DNA of 62,047 nucleotides from Pseudomonadales bacterium (GTDB lineage Bacteria; Pseudomonadota; Gammaproteobacteria; Pseudomonadales; JBFGWM01), in assembly GCA_041682035.1 (NCBI GenBank), contig JBFKKR010000004.1, positions 1 to 62,047 on the forward strand. The letters run 5' to 3'. Numbering within the stretch: the stretch's first letter is position 1; every line of letters begins with the position of its first letter. The translations under genes and the position numbers were made by a program. The notes beneath the pieces are model-generated. The model did not search any database and had not been told where the DNA came from. It saw only the letters and a program-made list of their open reading frames with translations. Shown here in pieces: positions 50,428 to 60,883 of the stretch.

Positions 50428-52580
50428 CACGCGCCTCCCAGGATCGGCATCGATTCGATGGTGCGGCCGGTGGCGCGCGCGTAGGCGTTCGCGCAGGCGG
50501 CGGCGGCAGGCGGAAAGCCCAGTTCGCCGCTGCCGCCGGGTTCCCCGCCGGCGCTCGCCGGAAACACGAACACCGACATTTCCCGGGGCGCCTCGTCGAA
50601 CCGCGGCCAGGCGAACGAATCGAAATTCCGCTCCGCCATGGTGCCGTCCCGCAGGTGGTTGCCGACGCGGAACATCGCCGCCCAGGCATCCATCAGGCAG
50701 CCCTGCAGTTGCGCCTCGATACCGCGCGGATTGAGCGGCACGCCGACGTCCACGGCGAAAAACGCGCGCGTGATCCGCGGTTCGTTCCCGTTCGTGGCGT
50801 CGACCTGCACCAGGCAGGCGGCGGCGGAGCCGAACTCGTTCAGCACGCCGAGTCCCTGTGCGTGACCGGCGGGCAATGCCGCGCCCCAGTTGCCCATTTC
50901 GGCGACCTTCCCGAGGCAGGCGCGCACGCGTTCCGCCGCCAGGTGCTGCAGGCGGAACTGCAGCGGATCCTGTCCCATGGCGTCGGCCAGCCGGTCGATG
51001 AACATCTCCTGGCTGACGGTGATGAAGCCGGAATAGGTGGCGCGCCAGGAACCGGTGGGCACGTCCAGCACCCGCTCGACCATTTTCTGCTGGTCGAGAC
51101 CGAAGCGGTACACGCTGCGCACGCCGCTGTAGGAGGCCATGGCGGAGGGGTCGATGCCGGCCGTCATGGGCGTGCCGAGGTCGCTCCAGGCTGCCGCGAC
51201 TGCGTGCTCGAGCGCGATCACCTGGCCCGAGATCCAGCTCGCCCGCAGGCGGTGCTCGCTCATCGGCCGGTAGCGTCCGGCGCACAGGTCGTCTTCCCGC
51301 GTCCAGTGCAGCCGCACCGGGCGGCCGGTGGCCTGCGAGACCAGCGCCGCTTCCACCGCCGCCTCGTGATGCAACCGGCGGCCGAACGCACCGCCGCATG
51401 GCGGGATGTGCAGCCGGATATTTTCCGTGTCCAGGCCGGTGGCGCGGGCGACGGCCTGGGTGGCCTGGTCCGGGAACTGCGAGGCGTACCAGATCTCCGC
51501 GGATTCGCCCTGGACGTTCGCGATGGCGCCCAGCGTCTCCATGGGCGCGTGCGCAAGGTACGGGTAGGAGTAGGAGGCATCCAGCGATTCCGAGCCGGGG
51601 GTGGCCGGCAGCAACGGCGGCAGGGCGGCGACCAGTTGCGCGCGCAGGTCGGCGTCGCTCCGACCGGCCAGCGGGCCGGGCGTCCATTCGATCTCCAGCG
51701 CATCGCGCGCCATGATCGCCTCGTGCGACGTGCGGGCGAGCACGGCGATGCCGCCGGTTACGCCGTCCCCGCCGGGGGTGATCGCGACGATGTCGATGAC
51801 GCCGGGCAGGGCGCGGGCCCGCGCATCGTTCCAGCCGGCGATGCCGGCGCCGATCCGCTCCGGCCGCGCGATCACCGCATGCACGGCGCCGGGCACGTCG
51901 AGGTCCTGGGTGTACTGCTGCGCGCCGGTGACGATGGCGCGGGCGTTGGCGCGGTTTGTGCCCTGGCCGACCTGCCGGTAGCCGGACGGGTCCCGGGGCG
52001 CCGTCGACACGGCCGGTTCCCCGACCTGCGCCGCCGCGGCGGACAGCTCGCCGTAACTGGCCTGCCGGCCGTCCGGCGCGATAACCGTCGAGTCGCGCGT
52101 GACCAGTGTGTTTGCGTCCAGGTTCCAGCGTTGCGCCGCCGCCGTGACGAGGCGGGCGCGGGCCTCGGCGGCGAGGCGGCGCACGGGCTGCCACATCAGC
52201 CGCATGGAGAGGGAATAGGCCGTGCGGTAGCCCTGCGATCCGCCTGCCGCGGCAATCTGCACGCGGGTCAGGTCGGGGTGGGCGTCGAGTTCGTCGGACA
52301 CCAGCATGGCGAGCGCGGTGTGGATGCCCTGTCCCATGTCGAGCAGCGGTGCGTGGAAGACGGCCAGGTTGTCGGCGGTGATCTCCAGCACCAGCCGGTC
52401 GGCGGCGCCACGCTGACGCAGGATCTCCAGCTCGCCGGGGTCCGGCTGGCCGGCGGCGCGCGCCTGCAGGTGGGTGGCCGGCAGCCCGAGCATCAGCGTC
52501 GAGCCGGCCGCGGTCTTCAGGAAGCGCCGGCGGGAGGCATCGGTCGCCGCCTGGGCGGATCGTGGGGTGGTGCGCTGCAT
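50427..52580 (-). CDS. Tat-exported molybdopterin-binding large subunit, isoquinoline 1-oxidoreductase beta / OxiB type
   Basis: Tat motif SRRRFLK; [38 protein letters not shown]. Confidence 0.9.
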   Translation of the reverse strand: MQRTTPRSAQAATDASRRRFLKTAAGSTLMLGLPATHLQARAAGQPDPGELEILRQRGAADRLVLEITADNLAVFHAPLLDMGQGIHTALAMLVSDELDAHPDLTRVQIAAAGGSQGYRTAYSLSMRLMWQPVRRLAAEARARLVTAAAQRWNLDANTLVTRDSTVIAPDGRQASYGELSAAAAQVGEPAVSTAPRDPSGYRQVGQGTNRANARAIVTGAQQYTQDLDVPGAVHAVIARPERIGAGIAGWNDARARALPGVIDIVAITPGGDGVTGGIAVLARTSHEAIMARDALEIEWTPGPLAGRSDADLRAQLVAALPPLLPATPGSESLDASYSYPYLAHAPMETLGAIANVQGESAEIWYASQFPDQATQAVARATGLDTENIRLHIPPCGGAFGRRLHHEAAVEAALVSQATGRPVRLHWTREDDLCAGRYRPMSEHRLRASWISGQVIALEHAVAAAWSDLGTPMTAGIDPSAMASYSGVRSVYRFGLDQQKMVERVLDVPTGSWRATYSGFITVSQEMFIDRLADAMGQDPLQFRLQHLAAERVRACLGKVAEMGNWGAALPAGHAQGLGVLNEFGSAAACLVQVDATNGNEPRITRAFFAVDVGVPLNPRGIEAQLQGCLMDAWAAMFRVGNHLRDGTMAERNFDSFAWPRFDEAPREMSVFVFPASAGGEPGGSGELGFPPAAAACANAYARATGRTIESMPILGGA

Positions 52581-52585
52581 GGCGG

Positions 52586-53440
52586 TCAGATTGCGAAGAG
52601 GTCCAGTTGGGCTTCCGACTGGTTGCCCGCGCAGTCGGTCGCGATGGCGCGCAGCTTGTGCGGGCCGGGCGTGATGCCCTGCGTGTCCCACTGCAGGGAC
52701 CAGTTGCCGTCCCGGTAGCTGGCGGCGCCGAGCGGCGTCGCGTTGCCGGTGAAATCCTCGTCGACCAGTTCCACGCTGCGCAGGCCGAGGTCATCCTCCA
52801 CCGCGACCGTGACGGTGGTGGCGCCGATCACCAGCGTGCCGGGCAGCGGGGTGGCGAACTGCGTGCCGGAGATCACCACCGAGCCCGCCGCCGGCTCGAG
52901 AAAGCGGGGCGTTTCCGGCGCCCCGGTGTCCGGGCCGTCGCCGACTTCCAGTTCGACGGTCGCGGTGTTCCAGCCGTCGCCGTGTTCGCGCCGGTCGCCG
53001 TTGCCGGCCACACCGGCCGCGTCGAAGCGCACCACGCAGCCGTGCACCGGCTGCGCCGGCGTCCACGCGACCGCCCAGGTGCGCGATTTCGAACCGGCTG
53101 TGTTGTGGGTGGCCTCGGCGCCGATCAGCTTGACCCCGGTTTCGGCTTCCGGCACCGCGAGCGTACCGGCGCTGACACCCAGGTTCATGCCACCGCTCTC
53201 GCCGGCGGGTTCCCCGTCGACGCTGATTTGCAGCAGCGTCGGCTCGCCGGTGTAGCGCAGCGGACCATCGATGCGCACGGTGACCGCGTCGCTGGCCGGG
53301 CCGTGACAGCCGGCGTTGCCGCAGCCGGTCTGTGTGCGCCCGGCATAGCCGCTCTCGGTCGCCTGCACCGGCAGGTGAGCGCCGAGCAGGGCGAGCAGCG
53401 CGAGGCGGGCCAGGAGCGGGCGGGGGGCGGCTTTAGGCAT
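52586..53440 (-). CDS. Exported protein with CX4CH motif, Reeler-like beta domain and C-terminal Ig-like domain
   Basis: Signal peptide; [17 protein letters not shown]; WTP...[11 protein letters not shown]; C-terminal WDT...[14 protein letters not shown] (Big-type). 5 bp from the molybdoenzyme start. Confidence 0.65.
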   Translation of the reverse strand: MPKAAPRPLLARLALLALLGAHLPVQATESGYAGRTQTGCGNAGCHGPASDAVTVRIDGPLRYTGEPTLLQISVDGEPAGESGGMNLGVSAGTLAVPEAETGVKLIGAEATHNTAGSKSRTWAVAWTPAQPVHGCVVRFDAAGVAGNGDRREHGDGWNTATVELEVGDGPDTGAPETPRFLEPAAGSVVISGTQFATPLPGTLVIGATTVTVAVEDDLGLRSVELVDEDFTGNATPLGAASYRDGNWSLQWDTQGITPGPHKLRAIATDCAGNQSEAQLDLFAI

Positions 53441-53540
53441 GGCGGATCCGGTCCGGTGGTTCGTATAGGGTGACATTACCTGCGGCCAGCTTGCCAGCAG
53501 TCCGGGACGGGCGTCGCCGATCGAAAGTCGGGGGCCGCTG

Positions 53541-54236
53541 TCATCGCCGCCGCGCCTCGAGCAACTCGTCCGCGACGCCCTCGATCATGGCCCGGTCGAT
53601 CTCCCCGATCGCGCCGGGTACCCGCGCCGAGAGGTACACCAGCATGGCGAAGGCGGCCTCGATCGCGTACTCCCGCTTCACGTAGCCGTAGGCGGAGTAG
53701 GAAATCCGCATGCAGGCGACGCCGAGTTCGACCGCGACCACGGGAATGTCCGGCGGACCCGGCGGCAGGATCACGCCGGCGGCGCGGATCAGCAGGCCGC
53801 CCATCTGGCCCAGCCGGTGGGTGGTCAGTTCCTGGGCCCGGAAACTCTGGTCGCTGACGGCGCCACCGAGGATGAGCAGGCGGCCGGCCGGGTTACGGTT
53901 GTGGTAGTTGCTGGCGATACAGACGTAGCGCGCGATGATGACCTCAGGGCGGGCGTCCAGCGTGGCCGCGTGCTGGATCAGTTCCTGTTCCAGCGCGATG
54001 ACGTGGCGCCGGGTCAGCTCGTTCAGCACCGCGTAGGGCGTGGGAAACAGCGCGTAGATGGTGCGCCGGTTGAAGCCGAGGTTCTCGGCGATCGACGGGA
54101 TGGAAAAACCCTGCAGGCCCTCGCTCTCCAGCAGCCGCTCCGCCTCTGCCAGGATGGCCTCGAAGCGCTTGCGGGAGCGCGCCTGCAACGGCTTGCGCGC
54201 CAGCGCCAGGTCGTCGGTCGCGGTATTGGCGTTCAT
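53541..54236 (-). CDS. TetR/AcrR-family transcriptional regulator
   Basis: RKPLQARSRKRFEAILAEA...FSIPSIAE.LG.NRRTIYALFP. Confidence 0.88.
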   Translation of the reverse strand: MNANTATDDLALARKPLQARSRKRFEAILAEAERLLESEGLQGFSIPSIAENLGFNRRTIYALFPTPYAVLNELTRRHVIALEQELIQHAATLDARPEVIIARYVCIASNYHNRNPAGRLLILGGAVSDQSFRAQELTTHRLGQMGGLLIRAAGVILPPGPPDIPVVAVELGVACMRISYSAYGYVKREYAIEAAFAMLVYLSARVPGAIGEIDRAMIEGVADELLEARRR

Positions 54237-54262
54237 GCCCGCCAGTTTAGCCGCCCCGTTAA

Positions 54263-54313
54263 AAAAGTACAAAAGTTAAATCTGTTGACGATGAAAAGGA
54301 CAAGTGTTAATTT
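54263..54313 (+). promoter_or_regulatory. Promoter of the rox-like gene with two related operator-like boxes
   Basis: TTGACG (54285-54290)-17 bp-TAATTT (54308-54313); imperfect repeats AAAAGTACAAAAGTTAAAT (54263) and AAAAGGACAAGTGTTAATT (54294), 31 bp apart. Confidence 0.6.
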
Positions 54314-54394
54314 CGTGCATCATCCCAACCAGCGAATCATGATGAAGCCTGGACGAGCCGGGCCATATTGATCCCGACCGAGGAGGAACCTGTC

Positions 54395-56476
54395 GTGCGC
54401 CGATCCCTGCTTCCCCTGCTGATCCTGGGCTTCGGGCTGTTGCCCGCCGTCGCGCCGGCGGAGGATCCGAGCCCGGAGAATGCCGCCGTCGCGGCGGAGG
54501 AACTGCCGCCGCTGCTGGGCAGCAGCCGTGCCCGCCACGTGTGGGAGGATTTCTGCGCCGACCAGCCGGACGACGCCCCGCTGCCGGTCGATCCGCGCAC
54601 GCTGGTGCAGCCCGGCGCCTTCGGGAACAGTGCGGTGTTCTTCAACGCGTATTACGAGGATTGCCACGTCAACCTCCCGGACCAGCCGCACGCGCAGACC
54701 TGCGGCGAGTACCGCAGCCGGCGTGACCGGGGCTACCACTTCCTGCTGGACGAACTGCCCACCGGCGCCATGTCCGCCGGGGAATTCAACAACCTCTGGA
54801 AGAAGTGGGGCTTCGAAGAACGTCCGGAGAATTTCGACGAACTGTACACGCTGCGCTACGGCCTCAATCACGCGCCGTATCCCAACCCCTACCCGCTGCC
54901 GGGCGAGGACCCCAACGCCACCGACGGTGGTTCCGGCCAGTTGCCGATGGGCCTGCGCCAGTTGAAGGACGACAACGGCCGGTGGACCGGCCAGATCGGC
55001 ACCGGCTCCTGTTTCACCTGCCATGGCGGTTCGATCGGCGATCCGCGCAGCGGCGAGGCAGGCACGCCGCTGAAAAGCATGGGCCTGGGCAACAACAACT
55101 ACGACTACGTCATGTACGCGCGCGACAACGCGCCGTGGGGCGAATTCCCGCTGCTCGCCGACAACATTCCGTCGTTTGACCTGAGTTCCGCGTTCAATGT
55201 CGGGATCAGGCAGCGGGGCCAGAACAATGCGGTGGGCGCCTTCCTCCTGCTGAACACGATCCTCGACGTCGACTCGCTGGGTCCGAACCCCAACCCGCTC
55301 AAGACCGCCTCCTACGGGCAGGCCGGCGTGCAGGATGCACTGCTGCCGCTGGCGCACACGCAGGACACCCCGGCCTGGTGGAACTTCAGCCACCGTCCGC
55401 GCAAGTTCTTTGATGCCGGCGTATCGAGCGACAGCACCCGCATCATCATGGCGGCAGGTGTCGACGAGAACTCCCTCGCCAGCCATGACGGCAAGCCGTA
55501 TCGCAGCCGTGTCGATGAATACGACCAGGACGTGGAGGCGTTCCTGATCTCGCGCGAATCACCGGCGTTCCCGGGCGAGATCGACGAGGACCTGGCCGAG
55601 AAGGGCGCGGTGCTGTTCCACACGCTCGATCTGTTCGCGCTGCCCGGTAACGAGGAACACCCGAAGCCCCCCGGCGGCAACGGCTCCTGCGCGAGCTGCC
55701 ACGGCGCCTACTCGCCGCGTTACGTGAACGACCCGGCGTATCTCGAGGATCCGCGCCTGGAGGGCATCGCCGCGCACATCTCGCCGCTGGCGGTGATCGG
55801 CACCGACCGGGCCCGTTCCGACATGCTGGCGCCGACCCTGCGCGAGGCCTGGGACACCACCTTCTGGGGCTTCCCGGAAGGGGCCGAGGGCTGGACCCAC
55901 CCGGATGACAAGGACCCGATGACGGAACTGGCGGATGACATGTACCCGTCACGTCCCAAGGGTGTCTGCGGCTGGGAGAAGGGCACGATCGGTTACCTCG
56001 CGCCGCCGCTGTACGGCACCTGGGCGACCGCGCCGTATTTCCACAACGGTTCCGTGCCGACCATCGAGCAGGTGCTGGATTCCGGCAAGCGGCCGAACAT
56101 CTGGCGCCGCCTGCTGCAGACCGACGGCGCCGTCAGCGGTTTCGATCAGCGCCTTACCACCGCGTACGATTTCGAACGGCTGGGCTGGAAGCACGACGTG
56201 CTGACCTGTGACCAGATGCCGGGCACGGTGGCGATGAACTGCAACCCGGTCGATGACGGCGGACCTTCGCTGGTGCAGCTGGCGCAGAACGTCATCAACG
56301 CCAAGGGCACGTTCACCGGGCTGGTGGTGATTCCCGATCCTGCGCCGGGTGGCCTCGACAAGCGGCTGATCTTCGACACGCGGATTCTCGGCAACGACGA
56401 GGGCGGGCACACCTTCACCGATGCGCTGACCGATTTCGACCGCAAGGCGATCATCGAGTACCTGAAGACGCTCTGA
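54395..56476 (+). CDS. Rubber oxygenase RoxA/RoxB-family diheme dioxygenase
   Basis: AGGAGG RBS plus GTG; signal peptide; RYGL..APYPNPYPLPGEDPN..DGGSGQLP.GL; CFTCH; DTPAWWN..HRP.KF; GNGSCASCHG; PLYGTWATAPYFHNGSVP; C-terminal GGHTF...IIEYLKTL. Confidence 0.85.
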   Translation: MRRSLLPLLILGFGLLPAVAPAEDPSPENAAVAAEELPPLLGSSRARHVWEDFCADQPDDAPLPVDPRTLVQPGAFGNSAVFFNAYYEDCHVNLPDQPHAQTCGEYRSRRDRGYHFLLDELPTGAMSAGEFNNLWKKWGFEERPENFDELYTLRYGLNHAPYPNPYPLPGEDPNATDGGSGQLPMGLRQLKDDNGRWTGQIGTGSCFTCHGGSIGDPRSGEAGTPLKSMGLGNNNYDYVMYARDNAPWGEFPLLADNIPSFDLSSAFNVGIRQRGQNNAVGAFLLLNTILDVDSLGPNPNPLKTASYGQAGVQDALLPLAHTQDTPAWWNFSHRPRKFFDAGVSSDSTRIIMAAGVDENSLASHDGKPYRSRVDEYDQDVEAFLISRESPAFPGEIDEDLAEKGAVLFHTLDLFALPGNEEHPKPPGGNGSCASCHGAYSPRYVNDPAYLEDPRLEGIAAHISPLAVIGTDRARSDMLAPTLREAWDTTFWGFPEGAEGWTHPDDKDPMTELADDMYPSRPKGVCGWEKGTIGYLAPPLYGTWATAPYFHNGSVPTIEQVLDSGKRPNIWRRLLQTDGAVSGFDQRLTTAYDFERLGWKHDVLTCDQMPGTVAMNCNPVDDGGPSLVQLAQNVINAKGTFTGLVVIPDPAPGGLDKRLIFDTRILGNDEGGHTFTDALTDFDRKAIIEYLKTL

Positions 56477-56507
56477 CGCGGGCGCGCAGCGTCTGCCGCG
56501 GTCTTGC

Positions 56508-56864
56508 TCAGGGGCCGCGGTAGGCGCAGCCGGCGTTGCAGGTCTCCCGCACCGTGACCTGTGCCAGGCCGGGCAGCACCGGCTGCAGGCGCTGCCAGAT
56601 CCAGATGGCGATGTTCTCGCTGGTGGGATTCTCCAGGCCCTCGATCTCGTTCAGGTAATGATGATCGAGCTGCTCACGCAGCGGGCCGAAGGCCTGCTTC
56701 AGGTCCGCGAAATCCATCACCCAGCCGGTCTGCGCGCCGACCTCTCCCTCCACGTGGATACCGACCCGGAACGAGTGGCCGTGCAGCCGGGCGCACTTGT
56801 GCCCGGACGGTACGTTCGGCAGCCGGTGAGCGGCCTCGAAGGTGAACTCGCGAAAAACTTCCAT
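56508..56864 (-). CDS. queD: 6-carboxytetrahydropterin synthase
   Basis: [35 protein letters not shown]. Confidence 0.95.
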   Translation of the reverse strand: MEVFREFTFEAAHRLPNVPSGHKCARLHGHSFRVGIHVEGEVGAQTGWVMDFADLKQAFGPLREQLDHHYLNEIEGLENPTSENIAIWIWQRLQPVLPGLAQVTVRETCNAGCAYRGP

Positions 56865-56926
56865 CGGTGTGCGCGCTGAAAACGGGCGGGAATTATACTA
56901 TGGCCCCTTCCAGGAAGTGACCGCGC

Positions 56927-57562
56927 ATGGCGAAGACACGGGACCAGTCCGGCGAGAGGGCATTCCGGCGTGGCGTGCGCGAACTGGCCGCGCGGCACCC
57001 GCCCCTGGCCGGCATCGTCGAGCGCCACGGCGTGCCGGAATACTGGCATCGCGCGCCCGGCTTCGCCGGCCTGGTGAACATCATCATCAGCCAGCAGCTC
57101 TCCAACAAGGCCGCCGCGGCGATCAACCTGAAGATCGAGCGGTTTCTCGGCGAGGTGACGCCCGCGAACGTGCTGCGGCACGACATCGCCGCCCTCAATG
57201 CTGCCGGCCTGACCCGGCAGAAGGCCGGCTACTGCATCGGGCTGGCGGAAAAGGTCCTGGACGGCAGCTTCGATTTCGATGCGCTGGCGTGCATGGACGA
57301 CGAGACAGCGCGGGAAGCGCTCGTGGCGCTGCGCGGGGTCGGCCGCTGGACTGCCGATATCTACCTGATGTTCGCCATGCAGCGCAACGACATCTGGCCG
57401 CTGGGCGACCTGGCGCTGGCGCGGGCCATGGCAGAGGTGCTGCAGTTGCCGGATGCACCGGGCCCGGACCGGCAGCAGGAGATCGCGGCGCAGTGGGCGC
57501 CGTGGCGGGGTTGCGCCGCCCGCCTGCTCTGGCGTCATTACGTGCAGACCCGCGCTTCGTGA
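56927..57562 (+). CDS. DNA-3-methyladenine glycosylase II (AlkA / HhH-GPD family)
   Basis: IISQQLS, LRGVGRWTADIYLMF, WPLGD, WAPWRG. Confidence 0.9.
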   Translation: MAKTRDQSGERAFRRGVRELAARHPPLAGIVERHGVPEYWHRAPGFAGLVNIIISQQLSNKAAAAINLKIERFLGEVTPANVLRHDIAALNAAGLTRQKAGYCIGLAEKVLDGSFDFDALACMDDETAREALVALRGVGRWTADIYLMFAMQRNDIWPLGDLALARAMAEVLQLPDAPGPDRQQEIAAQWAPWRGCAARLLWRHYVQTRAS

Positions 57563-57657
57563 TTCGAGCCGGCGGGGTCTACACTGCCCCGTGAGCCGGC
57601 CCTGCATCCGATGGCGGCGGTCGGCATCGACGGTGAACCTCCACGCGAACAGGCCGG

Positions 57658-59763
57658 GTGGCCATGCGGATACGGGCGCGAATACTGACAGGCTTCCTCC
57701 CCCTCCTGGTGACCTGCCTGCTGGCCGGCGTCTGGCTGGTCAACGCGTACGTGGCTGACCTGCTCCAGCGCGATGCGGTCAGGCAGATGGAGTCGCTGGC
57801 TTCCGCCGGTGAGAACCGGTTGCGCAATGTCTACCGGCAGCAATCCGAGCGGCACGCGCTGATCTCCTCACGCAGTAGGCTGCGCGTCCGGCTGCTGGAA
57901 TACCTGCAGGGAGGCAGTCCGGACCTCGCAGCGGAACTGGTGACCATGCTCGGGGATTCGTTGCGCGTGATGGACGAGTTCAACGGGCTGGCGCTGGTTG
58001 CGGCCGACGGCCGGGTGATCGCCACTACCGGCCAGGAATGGTTCCCGCCCACGTTCGCCGACAAGCCCTGGCTGGCCGAAGCCATGCAGGATTTCGGGAT
58101 TCACGAGTACGCGCCGGACGGGGAAGGATTCCCGGGCATGGTCCTCGCGGGTCCGGTTGTCCTGGGTGACGAAACGCTGGGTGCACTCGTGATCAGCGCC
58201 ACGCTGGAGTCGCTGACTGCCGCCACCGTCGATTACACCGGCCTCGGCGCCACCGGCGAAACGCAGCTTGCCATCCGCAACGCGGAAGGAGATGCACTGT
58301 TCATCACGCCGACGCGGTTCGATCCCGGCGCATCCCTGAACCGCGTGGTGAGGAAAGAGTCGGTCCGCTCCCCCATCATCCGGGCGCTGGCGGGGCACGA
58401 GGGTGTCAATGTCGATGCCATCGACTACCGCGGTGTGCCGGTGTTCGCGGTCACCCGTTACCTGCCGGAACCGGGCTGGGGCATCGTGGTCAAGAAGGAT
58501 GCCGAGGAGGTGCTGATGCCGCTGCAGGGCGTGCGCCGGGGCAGCCTCTATGTCGTCGCCGGGGTCATCCCGGTCGCGCTGCTGCTCGGAATCCTGATCG
58601 CCGGCGGCATCAGCCAACCGGTGGTGGCCCTCACCGAACAGGCGCGGCGGATCCACGCGGAGAACGTCGGCGCCGAGGTCGGCGCGATCGGGAAGGGCCG
58701 CAATGAACTCGAGACGCTCGGCCAGGTGATATCAGACATGACCGCCGCGCTGCTGCAGGAGAAGCGCCAGCTCGAGATCCGGGTCGAGGAACGTACCGAG
58801 GAACTGTTGACCGCCAACGAGGAACTGCAGGCCACCACCGAGCACCTCGCGGAGAGCGAGGAGCGTTTCGCGGCCGCGGTCGCGGGCACTTCGGACGGGC
58901 TCTGGGACTGGCCGGACACCGAGCACCCCGGCATGTGGTTCTCGCCGCGGTTCTACGAGTTGCTGAAAACCAGCTCGGAGAAGATGCGGCCGAGTATCGA
59001 TGGCCTGGGGGATGTCATTCACGAGGAATGCCGGGCCCGCATCATGGCCAGCCTGCTGCGCATCGGCGCGCAGGGCGGCGTCATGCACGAGGAGTTCCAG
59101 GTCCTGCTCCCCGATGGTTCAACGCGCTGGTTCCGCATGCGTGGCGCGACGACCGCCCGTGGCACCCAGCCCGGCCTGCGCATGGCCGGGTCGCTGCAGG
59201 ACATCATGGAATACAAGGTGGCGGAGGCCGAGATCCAGCAACTCCTGCGCGAACGGGAGCGGCAGGCCACGCACGACCCGCTGACCGGCCTGCCCAACCG
59301 GCGCGGTTTCGAGGAGCGCTGGTCGGGGGAGGTCTCGCGTGCGAAACGCGAGGGCCTGCCCCTGCTGCTGCTGGTGATGGACGCGGACCATTTCAAATCG
59401 GTCAACGACACCTGGGGACACAACATCGGCGATGACGTGTTGCAGATGCTCTCGCGGACCATCCGCGCGGCGCTGCGCGACAGCGATATCCCGGCCCGCT
59501 TCGGCGGCGAGGAGTTCGTCATCGCCCTGCCGAACACGTCCGTTACCGCGGGCGAGGAGGTCGCCAACCGGTTGCGCGAGCAGATCGCCCAGCAGCAGGT
59601 GGAAAACGGCGACGGCGGGTTGCTCTCGGTGACCTGCAGCATGGGCCTGGCGCAGCACGGCCCGGACGCCACCCTGGAGCAGACCCTCGAGGCAGCCGAC
59701 CAGGCCCTGTACCGGGCGAAGGAAAGTGGCAGGAACCGTGTCGAGTTGGCCTCCGCCACCTAG
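57658..59763 (+). CDS. Membrane sensor diguanylate cyclase (Cache-HAMP-PAS-GGDEF)
   Basis: Two TM segments flanking a periplasmic domain; DGLWDW PAS; HDPLTGLPNRR, DADHFK.VND, RDSD I-site, GGEEF. Confidence 0.92.
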   Translation: MAMRIRARILTGFLPLLVTCLLAGVWLVNAYVADLLQRDAVRQMESLASAGENRLRNVYRQQSERHALISSRSRLRVRLLEYLQGGSPDLAAELVTMLGDSLRVMDEFNGLALVAADGRVIATTGQEWFPPTFADKPWLAEAMQDFGIHEYAPDGEGFPGMVLAGPVVLGDETLGALVISATLESLTAATVDYTGLGATGETQLAIRNAEGDALFITPTRFDPGASLNRVVRKESVRSPIIRALAGHEGVNVDAIDYRGVPVFAVTRYLPEPGWGIVVKKDAEEVLMPLQGVRRGSLYVVAGVIPVALLLGILIAGGISQPVVALTEQARRIHAENVGAEVGAIGKGRNELETLGQVISDMTAALLQEKRQLEIRVEERTEELLTANEELQATTEHLAESEERFAAAVAGTSDGLWDWPDTEHPGMWFSPRFYELLKTSSEKMRPSIDGLGDVIHEECRARIMASLLRIGAQGGVMHEEFQVLLPDGSTRWFRMRGATTARGTQPGLRMAGSLQDIMEYKVAEAEIQQLLRERERQATHDPLTGLPNRRGFEERWSGEVSRAKREGLPLLLLVMDADHFKSVNDTWGHNIGDDVLQMLSRTIRAALRDSDIPARFGGEEFVIALPNTSVTAGEEVANRLREQIAQQQVENGDGGLLSVTCSMGLAQHGPDATLEQTLEAADQALYRAKESGRNRVELASAT

Positions 59764-59767
59764 CGGG

Positions 59768-60883
59768 TCAGTTCAGCAGTATCGCCACGAGGATGATCTG
59801 CGGCAGGCTGACCAGAGGCAGGAACAGCGCGATGCGCCACGAACCGGTGGTGTTCTGCACCGACATGATCTCGGTGTAGTCGGTCGATACGCCCGCCATC
59901 AGGAAGGCGAATGCATTGCCCGGCGCGCCGGCGCGCTGGAACAGGTCGCCGGCGATGGGTACGGACCCTTCCGAGCAGACCTCGATCACCGTGGCCGCGA
60001 GCATGGTCGCCAGCAGCCCCGCCAGGGTCGGGCCGAACCACGCCTGGAAATGGTGTACATCGAGCACGGCGCGGATCAGCACCGCCAGCACCATGCCGAA
60101 GAACAGCCAGCGCAGCACCATGCGTGAACCGGACAGCCCCTCGCGCACGGTGACGGCGAGGAAATGCCGGTCGAAGCGGGTGGCCGCGAGGCTCCTGCGT
60201 GCCTCCGGGAGGAACCGGAATCCTTCGGTCATGGTGACCGTGTGCGGATTGGCGGGCAGGGTGCCGGCGCGCACGAGACGGTCGAAGCAGTACCCGGTGA
60301 GCATGGCGATCACTGCCGACAGGGCGATGAACGCCAGCGTCCAGGACAGGCCCACGATGCTGACCAGGATGATGGTCAGCGACAGCGAGTTCCACGGGCT
60401 GGCCAGCAGGAACGCCATCACCTGGCCGATGCTGGCGCCGCGCTCGTACAGTTTCATGCCGACCGCGAGGATGCCGTGGCTGCACAGGTCGAGCAGCACG
60501 CCGGCGCCGGTCGCCCGCACGATGCCGCCGGCGGTGCCACCGCGACCGAGCAGGGAGAGCACGAATTCCCGCGGAATGTGGGACAGCAGGCCGACGAACA
60601 CGATGGCCAGCACGATCCCCCACAGCATCATGTTGAGAATCTCGTGCGCCGAAGCCGCCATGCCCTGCAGGGCGCCGCCCGGCGGCAGCCAGCCGGCCGG
60701 CAACAGGTGCAGGCCGTAGAGCAGCAGCACGAAGGACAGCGACCCCCACAGCAGCCAGTCGATGCGGCCTTGCTCCGTGTCGTGCGCATGGCAGGACGCG
60801 CCTTCGTGCGCATGATGGGCCGCCGGTTCCTGTTCCGCTTCCGCGTGATTCCTGCAGCAGTGTGTGTGCGTATCGGTGCTCAT
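59768..60883 (-). CDS. ArsP/DUF318-type permease with His/Cys-rich N-terminus (probable metal efflux)
   Basis: N-terminal HTHCC..H...HHAHE..SCHAH; repeated LCSHG and VCSEG motifs; AFLLASP and AFLMAG. Confidence 0.8.
   Translation of the reverse strand: MSTDTHTHCCRNHAEAEQEPAAHHAHEGASCHAHDTEQGRIDWLLWGSLSFVLLLYGLHLLPAGWLPPGGALQGMAASAHEILNMMLWGIVLAIVFVGLLSHIPREFVLSLLGRGGTAGGIVRATGAGVLLDLCSHGILAVGMKLYERGASIGQVMAFLLASPWNSLSLTIILVSIVGLSWTLAFIALSAVIAMLTGYCFDRLVRAGTLPANPHTVTMTEGFRFLPEARRSLAATRFDRHFLAVTVREGLSGSRMVLRWLFFGMVLAVLIRAVLDVHHFQAWFGPTLAGLLATMLAATVIEVCSEGSVPIAGDLFQRAGAPGNAFAFLMAGVSTDYTEIMSVQNTTGSWRIALFLPLVSLPQIILVAILLN

Noticed and set aside
49960-52794. 944-aa ORF appearing to fuse a long N-terminus to a 2Fe-2S domain
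   Set aside because: Only the last ~155 codons encode a recognisable protein; the rest is an Arg/Pro-rich alternative frame overlapping the molybdopterin subunit gene.
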